Assembly (NCBI RefSeq): GCF_001194135.2
Contig: NC_068986.1
Coordinates: forward strand, 95,943,700-96,007,699
DNA: 64,000 nt
Direction: 5' to 3'
Origin: Octopus bimaculoides
Lineage: Eukaryota
This document shows, one piece after another, positions 10,365 to 22,627 of this stretch (the stretch's first letter is position 1; every line of letters starts with the position of its first letter). The position numbers and the translations under genes were made by a program. The notes below the pieces were generated by a model. The model saw only the letters and a program-made list of their open reading frames with translations, searched no databases and was not told the DNA's origin.

Positions 10365-13300
10365 CTGGTGGCACGTGAAAAGACATTCCAGCGAGATCGT
10401 TGCCAGTGCCGCAGGACTGGCTCCTGTGCAGGTGGCACGTAAAATACACCATTTTGAGCGTGGCTGTTGCCAGTATCGTCTGACTGGCCTTCATGCCGGT
10501 GGTACGTAAAAGCACCCACTACACTCTCGGAGTGGTTGGCGTTAGGAATGGTATCCAACTGTAGAAACTCTGCCAAATCAGATTGGAGCCTGGTGTAGCC
10601 ATCTGATTTCACCAGTCCTCAGTCAAATCATCCAACCCATGCTAGCATGGAAAGCGGACGTTAAACGATGATGATGATGATGATATAATAAGAAAGGCAG
10701 CTATATGCAATATAAAACCAAAAAGGAAAAATTCAATTCACTAATTGTGACTGACTGTACAGGTTAGCACCTACATTGCTAGAAATCCTCATCATTTAAC
10801 ATCTGCTTTCCATGCTATTATGGGTTAAACAGTTTGACTGGAATTGGTAAGCCGGAGGGCTACACCAGGTTCCAGTCTGATTTGGCATGGTTTCTATAGT
10901 TGGATGCCCTTTCTAACGCCAAGCACTCTAAGAGTGTAATGGGTACTTTTTACTTGTCACTGGCACAGGTGCCATTTACATGACACCAGCAACTGTCACA
11001 ACTACGATTCCACAGGTGCCATTTACATGACACTGGTAACAACCACAACTATGATTTCACTTGATTCATGAATGAGTGTTCTCAAGCATAGCATATCATG
11101 AAAAGTCTTGATCACTTGTCATCGCTTCTGTGAAGCCCAACATCTGAAGATCATGCTACCAGCAACAGTCACGATTACAATTTCGCGGGTGCCATTTAGA
11201 TGACACTGATAATGGTCATGACTATTGTTTTACTTGGCTTGATGAGTCTTCTTAAGCACAGCATATCGGCAAAGGTCTCGGTCACCTGTCATCACCTCTG
11301 TTAGGCCCAACATTGGAAGATCATGCTTCACCACCTCGTCCATGGCTTCCTGGGTCTACCGCTTCTTCTATAGTTAGAGCTCAGTACTTCTTTACACAGT
11401 TGTTCTCATCCATACACATCACATGACTATACCAGCACATTCATCTTTCTTGTACACAACATCTGATGCCTCTTATATCCTGTTTTTCTCAAGACATTTA
11501 TGCTCTATCGTACATGCACTCCAGCAAAGTATACTAGCTTCATTTCTTTCAAGCCATCGCATGTCCTCTGCACTCACAGCCCACATTTCGCTGCCATGGA
11601 ATGCAGCTGTTCACACACAAGCATTGTACAGAGTAATATATATATATGTTCTATCTACATAGTATTAGCTCAAATACTATTTGTTTTTGTATAGTATATA
11701 GTATATCTTTTTGTTTATCTACAGATGGAAATTAAATTGAAAGGCAACATTGTGATACTTGATGAAGGTCACAACATTGAAGACTCTTGTCGTGAAGCAA
11801 TCAGCTACACAGTAACCTCATCCTGGTTAACAAAACTAATTAAAGAGTTAAATGGCTTAGGTACGTAATTTAACAAGCCAACTTGTATATTGCCCTCTTA
11901 ATTATCATGTGCCTCCCTCTTTTTTTTTTTTTTTAAATTTTTAGTAAGCAATAAGTCATGTCCTTTGTAATTCTTTTATTCCTTTCAGTGTTTGATTATG
12001 TTCTTGTAACACCATTCCCTCACAGAATACATTTTATCATCATCATCATCATCATCACTAACACTTGTAATCAGTATGAAAATCATCGTTGTTACCACCA
12101 CATCTACAACCAATGGCAATATCATCACCACTACACTCAACACCATCATCACCATTATCATTATCATCATCATCATCATCATCATCTTTAACAGAAATGC
12201 AATTGTTGCTACTGTTTTTTTTTTGTTTTTTTTTGCTTAGCCCTAGGCCAGTGCTGATCAAAGGCATTCTAGCTATGACCATCATGTTCAATGGGAGTTC
12301 TTTGGACTACTTTATCCAGCTTGTCATTCCTCATTTTATGGTGGTAGGTTGTAATTTGAGAAGATTTGGCTGTTGTAGACCTGAGAGCAATAGCAGCCAA
12401 GAGGTGGTTCCACATGCCCCCGACTCTGGAACTCTGAACCAGGGCCTCTCCAGATGCGACGCAAAGTCTTACTCATGCCATACTCATGACAGTTAAATGA
12501 CCATACAAAAATTCCATTGTGTGCTCACATGCTTTGTGATAGCAATAGTGTTTGCTGTGTGGAGGCACAATGGCCTGGTGGTTAGGGCAGCGGACTTGCG
12601 GTCATAGGATCGCGGTTTCGATTCCCAGACCGGCCGTTGTGAGTGTTTATTGAGCGAAAGCACTTAAAGCTCCACGAGGCTCTGGCAGGGGATGGTGGCG
12701 AACCCTGCTGTACTCTTCCACCACAACTTTCTCTCACTCTTACTTCCTGTTTCTGTTGTGCCTGTAATTCAAAGGGTCAGCCTTGTCACACTGTGTCACG
12801 CTGAATCTCCCCGAGAACTACGTTAAGGGTACACGTGCCTGTGGTGTGCTCAGCCACTTGCACGTTAATTTCACGAGTAGGATGTTCCATTGATTGGATC
12901 AACTGGAACCCTCGACGTCGTAAGCGACGGAGTGCCAACAACAACAACAACAATGTTTGCTGTGTGAGAATCAGCTGTTACATTGAGCAGGTCAAGAATC
13001 TTTTATCATCGTCGTTTAATGTCCACTTTCCATGCTAGCATGGGTTGGACAAATCTATGTAGAAGTTATTTCACTAAGTCACTTTTGTAGGCAGCAATTG
13101 AGCTAACTGATAATTAATGAACAGAGAAGGCAGTGAGCTTGCAGATTCGTTAGCATATCGGGCAAAATACTTAGTGGCATTTCATCCATCATTATGTCCT
13201 GAGTTCAAATTTCACTGAGGTCGACTTTGCCTTTCATCCTTTTGGGGTCAGTAACATAAGTACCAGTTGAGCACTGGGATCGATGTAATCGACTGACCCA

Positions 13301-15997
13301 TTCCGCTGAAATCACTGTGCCAAAGTTTGAAACCAGTAATTGATAAACAGGGAGAAAATGTACAAAAGTCTGCATAAACAAAAAACAGGTATTAAATCTT
13401 CAAAGAAGAGCTCTACCTTGAAAAGTTAGAATTCACCTGTTCTTATTATGTGCAAATTCGTAAGTTATGAGTAGGTTTATTTTTTTCCATATCTCTTAAT
13501 CAAATGGGAAGGTAGTGCCCATGACCCAATATAAGGGCCTCCAAGAATGGAGGGAGGAGGCTATCCTCCAATTGAAACCTGACCAAATGCTTGCAACAGA
13601 GTGAACTCCGTTAAAGGTACCAAAGTCATAAGATGTTGGTGAGGTGATAGACTAGGTGATGGGTTTAAATACAAATCTACTGATATTGTAAACACACTTA
13701 AAAGTCTAGTATCCTGGAAAAAGAGATATTTCTTGACTGTTTATAATCTTGGACTAGTTGGATGACAGCCAATTTGCAACTAAACAACAGAAACATCATT
13801 ATCTTGTAACTAATTTTGAGGAATGAAATTATATAAATTTTTTCTAAATTCAAAACAAAAGTCAAAAAGCAATATTAATAATGTTTATGTTTTTATTTCT
13901 TTTTATTCTTTTCCTGATGTGACCTGATCAGTTCAGAACAAAGTAAATTCAAACAGTTTCCAGTATTTGTTAGATTTGGTGAGTTTAATTTTTATCATCA
14001 TCATCACAACAATATTTTTATTACTATTATCATTTCATATATGCGCAACACATTAAACTGTTGGAAAACAAAAATTACTAACATCTGGTTACAACAAGTA
14101 ACTTTGAGTGTCAAGAACCCTCCTAATTATCCTAGCTGTTCCTAATAACACTGTTTCCTGGAGCTGTACTAAACTAGGTTTTATGCCTATTTCCTCTATC
14201 CATCTGTTCAAATCTTCAGGAATAGTTCCTAATGCACCTATAACTACAGGGATATATTTTACCCACACTTTACATTGTGACTTGAGTAGAAAGGATTATT
14301 ATTAAGGTGGTAAGCTGGCAGAATCATTAGCATGTTGCTTAGTGGCATTTCATCTGTCTTTACGTTCTGAGTTCAAATTCCGCTGGTGTCAACTTTGCCT
14401 TTCGTCCTTTCGGGGTTGATAAAATAAGTACCAGTTGAGCACTGGGGTCGATGTAAATGACTAGTACCCTCTCCCAAAACTTCAGGCCTTGTAGAAAGGA
14501 TTATTATTAATAGTAATAATAATAATAATCCTTTCTACTAAAGGCACAAGGCCTGAAATTTTGAGGGATGGGGAAAGTCCCTGTCTCATACACATGCTCT
14601 GAGATACTCTTCCATTACTTCTCTGTCTTTCTCACACAACACACTCATTCACATCTGACTTCTCTGTCTCTCCCTTTTCATTCACTCAATCACTCATTCA
14701 CGCTCACATCCTCTCTCTCTCTTTCTCAAACTTTGCAGGTGTACAGTTTACATTCCTTCGTCCACAAACGTTCAACTGATCTCCAACAGACAGATTTCAA
14801 CCAAGCCAGTAAAATTTGGTCAGGCTTTGAGGCTGTGGCTGAGCTGGTTCATATGAAGATTGGACCAAAAGATATAAACAACTTATCAGTAAGTAATAAC
14901 GGTAGTTATAATTAAACATTCTCTTTTATGGACCTCATGGATTTCTGTCCATATATAACTTTAAAAACATATAAACATATATAGGCATAGCTTTGTGGTA
15001 AGAAGTTTGCTTCCCAACAACATTGTAATGATGGTGGATTGGCAGACTCTTTAGAATGTTGAACAAATTGCCTTGTATTTATTCTGGCATTTTACATTCT
15101 AAGTTCAAATCCCACTTTGTCTTTCATCCTTTTGGGGATCAATAAAATAAAGTATCAGTCAAATATGAGGGCCAATGGTATTAATTCATCATTCCCCTAA
15201 TTTCAGGCTTTGTGCTTATATTAGAAACATGATTATTATTATTAGGTGGTGAGCTAGCAGAATCGTTAGCATGCCGGGTGAAATGCTTAGCAGCATTTTG
15301 TCCGTCTTTTACTTTCTGAGTTCAAATTCCACCAAGCTCAGCTTTGCCTTTCATCCTTTCAGAGTCAATAAATTAAGTACCAGTTGCACATTGGGGTCAA
15401 TGTGCTCAACTTGTCCCTACCCCCAAAATTTTAGGCCTTGTGCCTTTAGTGGAATGGATTATCATTATTATTATCATTATAAGGTTGTGGCAGAAATGGT
15501 TGGAGTGAATGGCCCTACTCAAAGTATGCAATGGAGAGAGGGCTCGTATCTTTAGTGGTCAGGGTAATCCTGGAACTGTAGGGTTCTCTGATTGGCCCTA
15601 TTTGTAGTTTCTTCTGTATCAGGAGGACTGTATCATTCATGTTATCCCATAATTTGTATACTATGTGTACATTTATCGTATTTCACTATCTTTTCCATTT
15701 CTTTCTCCCATTTTCTATGTAAATCCCCACACAAATTTTTTTCTGTCTTTGTGATGTCCCCCTCATTTATGCCCCTGTGACTAATAAAGAAAGTGAGCTG
15801 GCAGAATTGTTAGCACACTGGGCAAAATGCTTAGTGGCATTTCGTCTGTTGTTATGTTCTGAGTTCAAAATCTGCCAAGGTTGACTTTGCCTTTCATCCT
15901 TTCGGGGTCGATAAATTAAGTACAAGTGAAACACTGGGGTCGATGTAATCAACTAGTCCCCTCGTCCAAAATTTCAGGCCTTGTACCTTTAGTAGAA

Positions 15998-16045
<48 letters not shown>

Positions 16046-19000
16046 GAGGCAGTGAGGTGGTAGAATCGTTAGCATGCTGGGCAAAATGCTTAGCAGTATT
16101 TCGTCTGTCTTTACGTTCTGAGTTCAAATTCCATCGAGGTCGACTTTGCCTTTCATCCTTTTGGGGGTTGATAAATTAAGTACCAGTTGCGTACTGGGGT
16201 CAATGTAATCGACTATCCCCCTTCTCCAAATTTCAGGCCTTGTGCCTATAATAGAAAGGATCATTATTTTTACTATTGTTGTTGTTAGNNNNNNNNNNNN
16301 NNNNNNNNNNNNNNNNNNNNNNNNNNNNNNNNNNNNNNNNNNNNNNNNNNNNNNNNNNNNNNNNNNNNNNNNNNNNNNNNNNNNNNNNNNNNNNNNNNNN
16401 NNNNNNNNNNNNNNNNNNNNNNNNNNNNNNNNNNNNNNNNNNNNNNNNNNNNNNNNNNNNNNNNNNNNNNNNNNNNNNNNNNNNNNNNNNNNNNNNNNNN
16501 NNNNNNNNNNNNNNNNNNNNNNNNNNNNNNNNNNNNNNNNNNNNNNNNNNNNNNNNNNNNNNNNNNNNNNNNNNNNNNNNNNNNNNNNNNNNNNNNNNNN
16601 NNNNNNNNNNNNNNNNNNNNNNNNNNNNNNNNNNNNNNNNNNNNNNNNNNNNNNNNNNNNNNNNNNNNNNNNNNNNNNNNNNNNNNNNNNNNNNNNNNNN
16701 NNNNNNNNNNNNNNNNNNNNNNNNNNNNNNNNNNNNNNNNNNNNNNNNNNNNNNNNNNNNNNNNNNNNNNNNNNNNNNNNNNNNNNNNNNNNNNNNNNNN
16801 NNNNNNNNNNNNNNNNNNNNNNNNNNNNNNNNNNNNNNNNNNNNNNNNNNNNNNNNNNNNNNNNNNNNNNNNNNNNNNNNNNNNNNNNNNNNNNNNNNNN
16901 NNNNNNNNNNNNNNNNNNNNNNNNNNNNNNNNNNNNNNNNNNNNNNNNNNNNNNNNNNNNNNNNNNNNNNNNNNNNNNNNNNNNNNNNNNNTTATCATTG
17001 CCATCACCAACACTACCGCCATTGCTAACACTGCCACTAAACTACCAATGTCACTACTAACACCATTACCTCCAATACAAACAACACCACTATCACCACC
17101 AACATCCCTACCACCAACACCACTACCAACACTACCACTGTTACCACTGCTGTTTCCACTTCCATTACCATCGCTACTACACCGACACCACAATTCCTAC
17201 TGTCACCACCAACCACTCTGCCATCACCTACACCCATAACACCAACATCCCTACCACTGTGACCACACCTACCAACACTCCTACCTCTGTTGCCACTTCT
17301 GTTCTCTCTTCCATCACCACCACCGTGACCACAAACACCATCAGGTACACCTCAAACATTTACGAGATGAAGCAGAAAGAAGAAAGAGAAACAAGTTGGT
17401 TTACCCAAAATTGAGCAGTGCGGGATTCCAGATGTTTGATCAGCTGTTAGTATCTCTCACCTACTTCTACATGAATGACCTGAAGAATGTAGAAGATTTT
17501 CGGTAAATACTGGTCAGTTTTTGTTGTCTTTGCCACTTGTTGTTGTTGTTTACTTCCCAGTCAGACCTGCAGACTTTCAATTAAAGGCTTTCCAGCCTGG
17601 ACTACATCTTTCAATATATCCTATCTTTCTGTGACAGTAATGTGCATGACATGAGGGTGAATTCTCTGCTATTTCAAACAGATTGAGTGGCCTTGTAAAG
17701 CATCCTTGTTAGTTTGATTGTTGTTATTTTATTGTGTTTTCTCCAGTCGGTCTTGATGTAGCAGCCCTCGGGCACATAGATAACTCTTGGATCACTAAAA
17801 CTAATACTCTATACATCCAGGCATTTGCTTTATTGGGCACTAGATGCACATTCTGACAGGCTGTGGTCTATTGTAGGATGTGTAAAGTGACAGTCTGGAC
17901 ACAGCACTTCCTAGATCCACACCTTTATCTTGTTGGGTACCACATTAAACAGTCTGTAGTTCATTGTAGGGTATGGCAGTCTGAACACATTTCATACATC
18001 CATGGATGCTCCTCCAGTTACCAACCATTTCTTGACATGGACTGAGTGTTTTTTATCATGTTCCATGTATGAGAGATTTTTGTGTTAAGACAAAATGTGT
18101 CTTTTACTCTGAGTTTTTTTAAGAGTTTTCCCTAATATTCATTACCTTCTCTGTGCAGTTCTGGGTCCACTTCTCCTCCATACTATATTGCTACCCTATT
18201 GGGTTTGTTCAGAGTGCCCATCTTCTTAGACTAGTTACTTTCACTAAAGTAGGTAGATGGAGTTTTGCTGTGACACTCTGTTGTCAGTAGTGGGGTGGGG
18301 TTATGACAGTGCTCTAAGATTATTGGGTATATATGTATTAGATGTAACAAAATGTTTATATTTATATGTATGTGCTGTGCGTGAGAAGACCCGGCAAGCC
18401 AAGTGAGATCGTTGCCAGTGCCCCTGGGCTGGCTCTTGTGCGGGTGGCACATAAGATGAACCATCCTGAGCGTGANNNNNNNNNNNNNNNNNNNNNNNNN
18501 NNNNNNNNNNNNNNNNNNNNNNNNNNNNNNNNNNNNNNNNNNNNNNNNNNNNNNNNNNNNNNNNNNNNNNNNNNNNNNNNNNNNNNNNNNNNNNNNNNNN
18601 TTGTAGGGTTTTCGAGCGAGATCGTTGCCAGTGCCCCTGGACTGGCTCTTGTGCGGGTGGCACATAAAAGACACCATTTCGAGCGTGGCCGTTTTCGTGC
18701 GGGTGACACGTAAAAGCACCCACTACACTCTCTGAGTGGTTGGCGTTAGGAAGGGCATCCAGCTGTAGAAACTCTGCCAAATTAGATTGGAGCCTGGTGT
18801 AGCCATCCGGTTGCACCAGTCCTCAGTCAAATCGTCCAACCCATGCTGGCATGGAAAGCGGATGTTAAACGATGATGATGATGATGTATATCATGATCAT
18901 CATCATCATTTAATCATTTATTGTCCATTTTGCATGCTGGCATGAGTTGGATGGTTTGACTGAGGACAAGCAAGTTAGTAGGCTGCACCAGGCTCCAATT

Positions 19001-21467
19001 TGATCTGGCAAGGTTTCTACAGCTGGATGCCCTTCCTAACGCCAACCACTCAGAAAGTGTAGTGGGTGCTTTTTACATGCCACTGGCATCGGAGCTAGTC
19101 AGGGGCCACTGGCATCAACCACATTCAAATGGTGCTTTTTATGTGCCACCAGTATGGAGAGCCAGTCGGGCAGCACTGGTATCAACACATGCTCGAATGG
19201 TGCTTATTACGTGCCACCAGCTTGGGTGCCAGTCAAGTGGCATTGGCATTGGCCATGACTACAATTTCACTTGACTGAACAGGTCTTCTCAAGCACAGCA
19301 TATTACCTGATGATTCAACGGTACTTTTAAATGGGCTGGTTATGCAACACTGGCATGAGCCACGGCTGTATTCTCTCTTCACTTGCCGGATTTTCTCAAT
19401 CACAGCATATCTCCAAAGGTCTCAGTCTCTTGTCATTGCCTTTGTGAGGCCCAACATTCGAAGATCGTGCTTCACCACCTCACCCCATGTCTTCCTGGGT
19501 TTACCTCTTCCACAGGATCCTTCCACTGTTAGGGTGTGACACTTCTTCACACAGCTGTCCTCATCCATATGCAACACATGACCATACTGGCACAGTTGTC
19601 TCTCTGCTTATGTCCAACTTTTCTCTCAGGGCACTTATACTGTTGTGTATGCATACTGACATTACACATCCAGCAGATCACACTAGCTTCATTTCTTTCA
19701 AGCCTACGCATGTCCTCAGCAGTCATTGCTCATGTTTCACTGCTGTGTAGCATATATCATATATGTACATATTATGTGCATGTATGTGTGTATATAGATA
19801 TGTATATATCTTGTGAGTTTCAAGGCAACCTTACTAGCGCAGGTGCCACGTATACTCTATAAAGTGATTGATATTAGAAAGGTATCTCAAACAAAGAAGC
19901 TATACCAAAAAATGAGACATTGGAACCAGATGTAATCCTTTAAGCTATTGGATCTTGTTGAATCATCCAGCACATACCAGCTTGCTAGGTAGACATGATA
20001 TGATGATGGTGATGATGATGTGTACATGTATATCATCATCATCATCATCATCATCATGTCTGTTTTTCCATGCTGTGTGGGCAGGATGGGTCTTCTCTAA
20101 GTACAATGTCTTGCCTCTTGTTGTGATCCATTTTCAACTCCTTTATGTGGTTCAGCCTTCTCTTATCTCCTTTCATTTCTACTCATGTCTTTCTCTTCCA
20201 CTTGGATCACTTGGCAATTCTGTGCCCAACTGTTATCCTTCATATGCATCACCTATCCATACCAACACATTCTCCTGTTTTTCACACTACATCTGATTTC
20301 TCTTGTACTCAGTTTTTTTTTTCTCTCAGATTATTTGTCTTCTCCTCGTTCATACACACTAACATTACATATCCAGGTGAGCAAGCTTGCCTCCTTTCTT
20401 CCCATCCTTTGCACATCTTCTATTTGCGGTGCCCATGTTTTTCTACCATGCAATCCTAGGCTTTGCACTCAAGCTTCATACCATCTGCCCTTCACTTGAA
20501 GAGAGAATATATCTTACTTAGTGGTAGAGGTGATAACTCTCTGAACGTTTTTTCACTCTCTTCTTACTCTGGCTGCTATACTTTTCAAGCATCCACCTCC
20601 ACATTACACTAATGCTTTGTTGTGTTTCCTTGGTAAAAGAAGCTTTCAACTACTTCTAGGCACGTGAAAGAATTATATTCACAGGTGTTCTTACTACTGA
20701 CTTCTTCTGTACATCTGCCATATATAAAGTCATTTTTTTATATCAGCTGCATGTGATGCTACTGCATCTCTTATACACTAATAATTTACAATGGATACAC
20801 AAAATGGAATTCCCACCCACACATATTTTCATATATCAAACACAGCTGTTTCCCTGACTGCAAAAGTGGCACAACTACAACTGGCCATTGCACCATGACT
20901 GTGCTCACTCACACCTCCCTCAAGACTAGTTTTTGACAAAGAATCAAAAAATGGTAGTCATTCCATACCTTCTGCACTCATTTTACCTTATTCCTCTGTG
21001 ACTTTGTTGTGTTTCCAAAAATGAAATTGAAGTTGGAAGGTGCTGCTCAAGATGATAGATGATGGTAGATAAAATTCAAATGGAATTGTAGAGCAGTGTT
21101 TGACAGTCTTTAGGAAAGGTTTTTACATTTTCAGTGGGATTATTTTGAGAGAGATGGTGCCCAAATATAAATAATATATGAAATACATTATTTACTGGTG
21201 TGCATTTTTTTACCTGGTATGGGAACATTATATTATCAGCTCATATGCTTGTGTGTGTGTGTGTTTGGGGCTGTATTAATGTTTGCATAATACCTGTGTT
21301 GTATCAAAATGCATTGATATTTCAACAAATAGAGTTTGATAACCAAAGTGTACAAGACTGAAATAAGTAAACTAGAACTGTTGAAGTTTGTGCCCCAGCT
21401 CGGTTGCCATAGTCCAATGACCTAAACCAGTGAAAGAACATATACAAGTCTCTCTCTCAAACTCTCT

Positions 21468-21523
<56 letters not shown>

Positions 21524-22586
21524 ATGTCTATCACCCCCAAATGAGATTGAGGGTAAGTTACCTCACCTGTCCATGACTCTAAAGTGTTTTAACACCGGTG
21601 ACATGAGAGTTTTATACTTCCCTATGACATTGCAGCCACCAGAAAATGCACAAAGCATATACATAAAAAGCATCCAGTTCACATTGTGAAGTGGTTGGCA
21701 TTTGGAAGGGCATCCAGCAGTAAAAATTGTGCCAAAAGTAACCTTGCCTGTGCTAGTACCGTGTAAAAAGCACTGAATCCACTCTGCAGAGTGGTTGGTG
21801 TTAAGAAGGGCATCCAGCTATAAAGATCCTGCCAAAGCAGACACAGTATCCTGAGGTAGTTTTCTAACTGGCTGGCTCCTGTCAAACTGTCCAACCCATG
21901 CATGCATTGAAGACGGGCATTAAGCGATGGTAATGATACACACACATACAATGACATGCATATTTATTCTTAATACATTCCAGTAGATTTGAAAGTAGAT
22001 ATGCTAATCACTATTGTGTTCCTAACACATTTGATTCATTAACACAAGGGATTCTGGGACAGTTTGTGTTTCAATGTCAAATGAATATGCAAGTCTTCAT
22101 TCTGATTCTTGCTGTTCACTGTGCATATGATGATTTAATATACGATGGTAGTCTCTCATAGTTCAAGAAATACGTTTCTGCAATTTCTTGCTGAAAAGCC
22201 TGCACATTAGCTCACTCCCTCCATCAAATTGACATTGCATGTACAGGTGCACAGTGTACCTCACTTTATGTGCTGAAGTGATTGCAGAGCAACATGAGAT
22301 GAAGTATCTTGCTTAAGAACACAACACTCTAGCTGGTCCAGAAATTGAAACCACAGTTGCGAGTGCCGCTACACCCTAACCACTAGAACATACACCCTCA
22401 CTAATATATATATCATCATCGTCATTTAACATCTGCTTTCCATGCTAGCATGGGTTGGACGATTTGACTGAGGACTGGTAAAACCAGATGGCTACACCGG
22501 GCTCTAGTCTGATTTGGCAGAGTTTCTACAGCTGGATACCCTTCCTAACGCCAACCACTCCGAGAGTGTAGTGGGTGCTTTTACGT

Positions 22587-22627
<41 letters not shown>

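Noticed and set aside
10280-10612. Recurring ORFs [20 protein letters not shown]... (also 18301, 26779, 46114, 56659) as a gene family
   Set aside because: They are antisense readings of the RTE 3' UTR repeat, with inconsistent stops and no splice support.
12561-12640. tRNA gene (also 53280-53352 and 5570-5639)
   Set aside because: The tRNA-like head runs into a repeat body with tail and TSD; these are SINE heads.
16242-17193. Long ORFs spanning N runs (also 5937-6275, 18231-18816, 35203-35701, 40519-40974, 59873-60453)
   Set aside because: Artefacts of translating assembly gaps as X.
17345-17502. Apparent frameshift in FANCJ exon 10
   Set aside because: Recounting gives 158 nt open in frame 0 (KLVYPKLSS) with the correct phase-2 donor.
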